Shown piece by piece: positions 35,895-41,125 of a DNA stretch of 41,125 nucleotides (its first letter is position 1; each line of letters opens with the position of its first letter). Below the pieces are notes generated by a model. It was not told the origin of the DNA. It did no database searches and was given only the letters and a program-made list of their open reading frames with translations. Origin of the DNA: a virus. A program made the translations under genes and the position numbers. The DNA lies in IMG/VR virus record IMGVR_UViG_3300039286_000350, positions 66,984-108,108 of that record. One strand, given 5' to 3'.

Positions 35895-36524
35895 TTAAGA
35901 GGGCTCCAACCCTGCAAGCATGTCGTCAATGGATTCCATATCGGCATCGCCGACGGTGCCCCCATCTGACGCCTCATCGGGGGCTGTAGCCTCCGGCTCA
36001 GATGTGGGCTCCGCAGCCTCCTCAGCAGGTGTCTCATTTTCCTGCTCAGGTGGGGCTGGTTGCTCCGCTGGCGAATCAGCAGGTGTCTCGGGTGGAGTAG
36101 ATGCCTCAGCTCCGGTTTCCGGGACTGGCTGCCTGCCTTCATCGCCAGATGAAGTTTCTTCAGGGGTCCCCTCAAATGTTCGTTTGAGTGCCTCAGGTGA
36201 TGCCGCCAGTTTCTCAAGGTAATCGTTCTTGATTACTTTTGGCGAATCCTCTCCGTCACCTATGATAGCCCACATCCCCGAGTCATCGCCTCGACCCTCA
36301 ATGAAACCGATCATATTCTCAGACCGGTTCTCCTTGGGAACCTTCTGTGGACGACGAAAGCGAGCCGGTTCGAACGGCTCTGCCGGGATGACAGGAGTCT
36401 CACCGGTCGTACCAGTCGGCTTATGCACGACTTTAAAAGTCGATCGCCGAGGCTCCCGAACTAGTTCTAGTTGGTCTGGGGTAACTGAGGTGTAATCAAA
36501 CTGGCTCAAGTTCAGCCTCCGCAA
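35895..36524 (-). CDS. Hypothetical protein with acidic disordered C-half
   Basis: 209-aa ORF; start uncertain. Confidence 0.7.
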   Translation of the reverse strand: MRRLNLSQFDYTSVTPDQLELVREPRRSTFKVVHKPTGTTGETPVIPAEPFEPARFRRPQKVPKENRSENMIGFIEGRGDDSGMWAIIGDGEDSPKVIKNDYLEKLAASPEALKRTFEGTPEETSSGDEGRQPVPETGAEASTPPETPADSPAEQPAPPEQENETPAEEAAEPTSEPEATAPDEASDGGTVGDADMESIDDMLAGLEPS

Positions 36525-36566
36525 TTAGTTTCGCTACCTACGCTCAACGAGCAGTTCAATATCTCG

Positions 36567-36803
36567 TCAGTGAAGATAACCTGTTTGCTCATCGTCATCA
36601 TCGTAGTACCAAAACTGCCGGCCGCACGAACATTTGCGATCCGGCTCCCGTTCGTCAGGAGCGCCGGGGGGTCCTCCATCAACAAACTCGGATATACCAC
36701 ATACACATTGATGCTTTACAGCAGAAAGCCCTAAGGCCATGTTATCCCCCGGAAACTGTATCTCCTCCAAACGACCGTCTGGATGGCGAACAGTTGCCTT
36801 CAC
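36567..36803 (-). CDS. Small Cys-containing protein
   Basis: CVCG...CSCG. Confidence 0.6.
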   Translation of the reverse strand: MKATVRHPDGRLEEIQFPGDNMALGLSAVKHQCVCGISEFVDGGPPGAPDEREPDRKCSCGRQFWYYDDDDEQTGYLH

Positions 36804-36809
36804 TTCACA

Positions 36810-37157
36810 CTACGCGATACCCTTGTCACGAAGTCTAGACTCAAGACCCTTTTCGCGGACAAGCTCCTCTTTGAAAGGAGTAAGATCAAACTCTTTGGCA
36901 ACCCCACGTGTAGGACCCGCATCCTTATGAGTATCAGCTCCCACAAAATACGCGACGCCACCTTTCTGCATAAACGCCCCATTACCAAAGCGCCGCGTCA
37001 TCCTGTTTCCGTTCTTCTTGAAGTAATCGAGAGTTGCCTGGAAGTGCTCATTGACAATGTACATATCCTCGAACATCAAAAGGATCGTATTCCCCTCATT
37101 GAGGAGCCCGAGGGCCTCATCAAGAAGTGCTTTTAGCTCAGGACTATACGAGCTCAT
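36810..37157 (-). CDS. Hypothetical protein
   Basis: Coupled ORF. Confidence 0.7.
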   Translation of the reverse strand: MSSYSPELKALLDEALGLLNEGNTILLMFEDMYIVNEHFQATLDYFKKNGNRMTRRFGNGAFMQKGGVAYFVGADTHKDAGPTRGVAKEFDLTPFKEELVREKGLESRLRDKGIA

Positions 37158-37497
37158 CGGATGAATCTAGGCCGAACACTTTGTCCAAGAACAACTCGGC
37201 CTCATCCGAGGGGACAAGGATGACATGACGAGTATCACGGTCCCGTACTACTTCCAGGCTGCCTGTTTCAACCATGATGATCATGCAGTAAAGATCCGAG
37301 TCCGTGAGTCGAGAACCATACTTCTCCCGCAAAGCAGTCGCTGCTTCATCAACGGGAAGAACTCGCTTGTTGGCTACCGACACCTTGATGATTGTACCCC
37401 TATCCTCATCCGAGGTAGACACCAATGAGCAGGATCTCTCATCAAGGGTTTTAGTGACCTCGTCGGGCCACAAAGCTTTTATTACATCCATGCTCAT
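37144..37497 (-). CDS. Hypothetical protein
   Basis: ATGA coupling. Confidence 0.7.
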   Translation of the reverse strand: MSMDVIKALWPDEVTKTLDERSCSLVSTSDEDRGTIIKVSVANKRVLPVDEAATALREKYGSRLTDSDLYCMIIMVETGSLEVVRDRDTRHVILVPSDEAELFLDKVFGLDSSDELV

Positions 37498-37847
37498 TTC
37501 TTGAGCTCTCCCCTTTTGATCTGCTCTAGCTCGTCGTAGCTGTAATACGGACGGGGCTGTCCCGAGTAGACCTCAGTAAGCTTGTAGTGAAGTTTGAGCC
37601 GCTTACGCTCAGGGAAGCCTGCAGCCTTAAATTCATCCTCAGTCATTCTGACTGTAAGGAAGGCCGTAGCACCATCTGGAGAAGAAACAACCTCCTCATG
37701 TCCTACAACCTGCGCCTCCTCAGGCTCATCGTAAGGAACTCGTCGCTCCTCACGCTGTTTGCCCTCCTCAGGAGCTGCCTCCTCTTTGGGCTTCTCGACG
37801 GGCGGTAGAACGCTGTCGTCTTGGGTGCCAGCTTTAGCCACTTTCAA
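37494..37847 (-). CDS. Hypothetical protein
   Basis: RBS AAAGGTG downstream of a promoter. Confidence 0.7.
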   Translation of the reverse strand: MKVAKAGTQDDSVLPPVEKPKEEAAPEEGKQREERRVPYDEPEEAQVVGHEEVVSSPDGATAFLTVRMTEDEFKAAGFPERKRLKLHYKLTEVYSGQPRPYYSYDELEQIKRGELKK

Positions 37848-37865
37848 TCACCTTTCGTCGTGGAT

Positions 37866-37894
37866 ATTCTACCGCATGTGAACCAGGACTGCAA
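37866..37894 (-). promoter_or_regulatory. Sigma70-type promoter
   Basis: TTGCAG-N17-TAGAAT in the intergenic gap. Confidence 0.65.
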
Positions 37895-37907
37895 TTACAG
37901 ATGTGAA

Positions 37908-39845
37908 TTAGATCACATCCAGTGCTGCTAGTTCCTGCCTGACCTCGTAGCCATCTGCATCCTCAGGATTCTTGTCCTCCCTGAACGTCACAAGCACAGC
38001 ATGGCGGAAGCGTCCTTTCTTCGTGAGCTCCTGTCCTCGGAAGGTAACGACCTTGTCGTAGAACTCCGGTTTCAGGCTCCCGTCCGGGGCAGACATTTCC
38101 TTGCGCTGCTCACCAGTCAGCTGGGATACAGCAGCTATTGGGATCCACTTGCCGTCGATGAACACGGCTAGCTCCAGAGCTCCAACCATGCCCTCGTTCC
38201 CCGCTTTACCAGGGACAAAGCCCTTCACGACCGCGTCAATCTCCGTGAATTTCTTTAGCTTCTGCCAAGCCTTGTCCCTCTTGCCTTCCTTGTATGGGGC
38301 ACTCAGCTGCTTGAAGATGACTCCCTCGCCGCCACTGTCGATGATGCCCTCGAAGAAGGACAGCTTCTCTTCCCCGGTCGCCTGCGTGGTAACATGCACG
38401 TAGTCAGCAGTGTCAGGGTTGAGCTCATGTAGTTGGGCTAGCACTTTTTCGAGCAGCTTCCGTCGCTCTGAATAAGGCTTACCGCTCACGTCCTCGCCTT
38501 TGTAGCGCAGTATATCAAAGGTCCAAAAGCGCATGTTCCCGAACTGGTGCTGGATCTGTCTGGAGACCGAAGGACTGGCGTTGGTTGCTGCAGTGCTGAC
38601 AGCGAGGGATCCCCTGAATTTGACTCCAGAGGGGAGGGTACCAGACTCAGCAGGTATCATCCCCTCAGAGTCAAGGACAGTTCCGTGTAGCTCAGGAACG
38701 TCCAGTTTGAGAAGGTGGCCAAAGTTCTGGCTCTTCTCAGAGAAACGGCGGGTCTTTTTGTCACGGCGTCTGGAGTCAACTCGCACACCCTCTGAGGTGA
38801 AATGCATCTTGAGACGCACTCCATCGAGCTTTTCCTCAGCAATCCAGTCGTCGTTAGTCCAGAACGCCTTCATCATGGCAAGTGATCGCCATGGCTGGTC
38901 AGAAGAGAAATCCTGCAGGTCCTTGGCATCAGCTGCTAGCTGCGGCTCAATCTGAGCAATCGCTTTGTCAGACCCATCCAGTTTCTCACCGATGGCTACT
39001 TCGAGCTGTTTCTTGGTTTTTAGGTCAGTCGTGTCAATCCCGAGTGCCTTGGCCTCGTCGCGTAGCTCACCAATCCTCTGAGCAGCGGGGCCAGAATCGT
39101 CTCGCTCCTCCCGTTTCAGACCGAGCGATTCCAACCGAGCCCAGGTCATATCACGGGCACCAGCTTTGTTGTCGTGGATGCGCAGACCACCGGGAATCTT
39201 TTTCTGGACCCTGATCCGCTGACCGTTCAGATCACGAACAATCTCGCCAGCGTCCAACGACTTGAGGAACTCAGAGGGGTCAGTAGGGGCGTGAGTAGGC
39301 GGGGCGTCTGGACGTGCGTCGGCCTGTTTCTGGGAAGGGTCTCTATCAGACCTGTCCTCTATCCTTGCGACAATCTTAGAGTGACCACGTAGCTTAGCTA
39401 TAGCGATGTTGTGATGACCATCTATCACGTAGAACTTGTCACCTTCCTGGATGACGTAAGGTTCATGAAGCTCAGCTTTTAGAGCGATCTCAGACAATCG
39501 CCCAACGTCGACAGCGCCTTGCGTTGGAATGAGCTTGGATATAGAAATGCTCTTTGAGAGCGCGTCGGGTGGGCGGGCTATCAACGCGCTCTTATCTCTG
39601 TTCGGTCCATGGGAGAAGAACTCAGAGATCGTAATCCCCCGCTGCCTAGGCGATTGTCTTTTTACAAGAGTTCTGATTCTCTCTGTTAGATCCGGATTAG
39701 TAGATGAAGGAAGTGGATCGTCCAATCCTGCAGGAATCACGCCACGATCGCGATAGGCAACATATGCGGCCTGGCCAAACCGGTTTTTGATCTTCCGGGC
39801 AGTCGAGGCGCGATGCCTAGCTTTGTCAGAGAATCCTCTTGCCAC
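37908..39845 (-). CDS. ATP-dependent DNA ligase with N-terminal ParB/Srx-like and Rho-N/HeH-like domains
   Basis: Ligase motifs EEKLDGVR, LDSE, FDIL, EGVIFK, WQKLK, FRH...R.DK; ParB-like LIPTQ...P.V......YVIDGHH; ELRDEAKALGI......TKKQL..AI. Confidence 0.88.
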   Translation of the reverse strand: MARGFSDKARHRASTARKIKNRFGQAAYVAYRDRGVIPAGLDDPLPSSTNPDLTERIRTLVKRQSPRQRGITISEFFSHGPNRDKSALIARPPDALSKSISISKLIPTQGAVDVGRLSEIALKAELHEPYVIQEGDKFYVIDGHHNIAIAKLRGHSKIVARIEDRSDRDPSQKQADARPDAPPTHAPTDPSEFLKSLDAGEIVRDLNGQRIRVQKKIPGGLRIHDNKAGARDMTWARLESLGLKREERDDSGPAAQRIGELRDEAKALGIDTTDLKTKKQLEVAIGEKLDGSDKAIAQIEPQLAADAKDLQDFSSDQPWRSLAMMKAFWTNDDWIAEEKLDGVRLKMHFTSEGVRVDSRRRDKKTRRFSEKSQNFGHLLKLDVPELHGTVLDSEGMIPAESGTLPSGVKFRGSLAVSTAATNASPSVSRQIQHQFGNMRFWTFDILRYKGEDVSGKPYSERRKLLEKVLAQLHELNPDTADYVHVTTQATGEEKLSFFEGIIDSGGEGVIFKQLSAPYKEGKRDKAWQKLKKFTEIDAVVKGFVPGKAGNEGMVGALELAVFIDGKWIPIAAVSQLTGEQRKEMSAPDGSLKPEFYDKVVTFRGQELTKKGRFRHAVLVTFREDKNPEDADGYEVRQELAALDVI

Positions 39846-39853
39846 CTGTCTAT

Positions 39854-40057
39854 CTACTCCTGGGGCTGCGATGCTTTAGGAGACGTTATCGTCTTCCAAT
39901 CAGTGAAATCAGCTTTGGTCCCACAAGAAGGACATGTCAAAGATCCCGCATCCTTCGGAGGTCGACTAACTGGAGGGCCCCAAGGTGCATCCTCTGCGTT
40001 AGGGTCCAGCTGGTGCCCACACTTCTTGCACTCAACCAGTAGTGGCTTGCTCATCAC
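39854..40057 (-). CDS. Zn-ribbon protein
   Basis: CKKC...CPSC. Confidence 0.65.
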   Translation of the reverse strand: MMSKPLLVECKKCGHQLDPNAEDAPWGPPVSRPPKDAGSLTCPSCGTKADFTDWKTITSPKASQPQE

Positions 40058-40562
40058 TGATCTCCGTTCCTACGGGGTCAATGCCCGCACTCTGGAGCCT
40101 CTTTCGGGCTCTATAAATAGCTTCCTCCTGAGAATCATACGGACCATCCATTACTCGGTGGTCATGATCTAGGATGGCGCCATACCACCATCCTTCGTCA
40201 CGGTCCCAGACCACATAATTCTCCTCAGGAGAGCCTTGAGGTATGGACCTTCGAAGTCTATCAATCTCCGCTGCAATCAGGGCACCAGCACGTTGCAAGT
40301 CGGTGATTCTATCCTTAGGCTTCCAATCTGCATCCTGCCAAGGCCAACTAGTTGGAGCACCATCGCCACTTGGAATGGAAGGGGGTGAACCAGAAGCATG
40401 GCGGGCGTAGCAAACTGCCGCTTGTCCCAGGTCACCATTCTCATGAGAATCATCATGATCGTCCGTCCAACCCTCTACCTCAAGCTGTCGCTGTCTCTCT
40501 TCCTGGATGAGGGTAATTCCATCTTTAGATGGATCCACAAAGTTCCTTTCTACTGTCATCAA
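40032..40562 (-). CDS. Conserved phage hypothetical protein
   Basis: ERQRQ...EGW...HDD.H..G.L..AA.CY...WPW...WKP......L..AGALI.AEIDR, a motif set I recognise from many phages. Confidence 0.75.
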   Translation of the reverse strand: MMTVERNFVDPSKDGITLIQEERQRQLEVEGWTDDHDDSHENGDLGQAAVCYARHASGSPPSIPSGDGAPTSWPWQDADWKPKDRITDLQRAGALIAAEIDRLRRSIPQGSPEENYVVWDRDEGWWYGAILDHDHRVMDGPYDSQEEAIYRARKRLQSAGIDPVGTEISDEQATTG

Positions 40563-41125
40563 TCCTCAGTCTCGCCACACTGGTATCCACACTCTGTACA
40601 TTCAATACTCAACTCAGTAAACTCAGTAACGACCTGTCCCTTTTTCCGCCACAGACCTCGCACCTTGGCCTTCTCAACGCCCATCAAGACCTCCCTAGTC
40701 AGCCATATGTCTACGATTCCGTCTGTTCTATCATAGACTGTTTGACATGTCGTGCTGGGACAAATGATCTTGAATGGTACATCCTCCTCTTCCTCATCAG
40801 GATCATGTCCAACGATTGCTGGCAGGAACTGCTTGTCGCTATATCCACAAACCGGGCATACGAGCGGTATCTCAGTTTGTTCAGTCTGGCCCGCGAGCGG
40901 GGCGTAGTCATAATCGACGGCATGTTCGAATTGCAGGAACCTACAACCTTTAGGACATTCTATAATAAACTGAGGTTGATCATGATAATCGCCCTCAGCA
41001 TCATCCAACTCTAGCTTCTCATCATCTGAAAAGTAAGGAGCAACAGGACAACCCTTCTCGTGGGGCAGTTTCTTGCACTCACATTCAGGAGGTGCATAAG
41101 ATTTCTGAGAAGCGATCTCAGTCAC
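40559..41125 (-). CDS. Multi-Zn-ribbon protein (start at window edge)
   Basis: CEC..H...C, CPKGC, CPVC, CPSTTC, CTEC. Confidence 0.7.
   Translation of the reverse strand: MTEIASQKSYAPPECECKKLPHEKGCPVAPYFSDDEKLELDDAEGDYHDQPQFIIECPKGCRFLQFEHAVDYDYAPLAGQTEQTEIPLVCPVCGYSDKQFLPAIVGHDPDEEEEDVPFKIICPSTTCQTVYDRTDGIVDIWLTREVLMGVEKAKVRGLWRKKGQVVTEFTELSIECTECGYQCGETED

Noticed and set aside
1091-41014. Numerous plus-strand ORFs in the track
   Set aside because: They are antisense shadows of motif-bearing minus-strand genes and have no recognisable motifs.
1-41125. Stop-codon recoding or inteins
   Set aside because: Conserved genes are full length under the standard code, all three stop codons are used, and no intein-type insertions are evident in TerL, PolA, RecA or DnaX.

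Overview
A 41-kb fragment of a large tailed dsDNA bacteriophage genome. Nearly all credible genes are on the minus strand, densely packed, often with overlapping stop/start codons and many TTG/GTG starts. In transcription order (right to left) it carries: small Zn-ribbon and hypothetical genes, an ATP-dependent DNA ligase fused to a ParB/Srx-like domain, a sigma-70-family factor, clamp-loader delta' and delta, family A DNA polymerase, gp32-like SSB, RuvC-like resolvase, RecA, DUF932-like protein, a split SbcC/Rad50 with SbcD/Mre11, family-4 UDG, a Cas4/RecB-like nuclease, beta sliding clamp, a 1027-aa B12-type radical SAM (TIGR03960-like) fused to a TIGR03936/DUF2344-like domain, regulators, a LAGLIDADG protein, a DenV-like glycosylase, a 954-aa unknown, endonuclease IV, DnaX, then terminase small/large subunits and the start of the portal gene. 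The most notable signal is a shared beta-clamp-binding-like pentapeptide in the PolA (N-terminal QESFF) and the radical SAM fusion (C-terminal QEDFF). This suggests a phage replisome built from PolA plus a bacterial-type clamp and loader, with a clamp-tethered radical SAM enzyme that may modify or repair DNA. All family calls come from motif recognition by eye; no database search was run. The host is uncertain, with weak hints of Actinobacteria.
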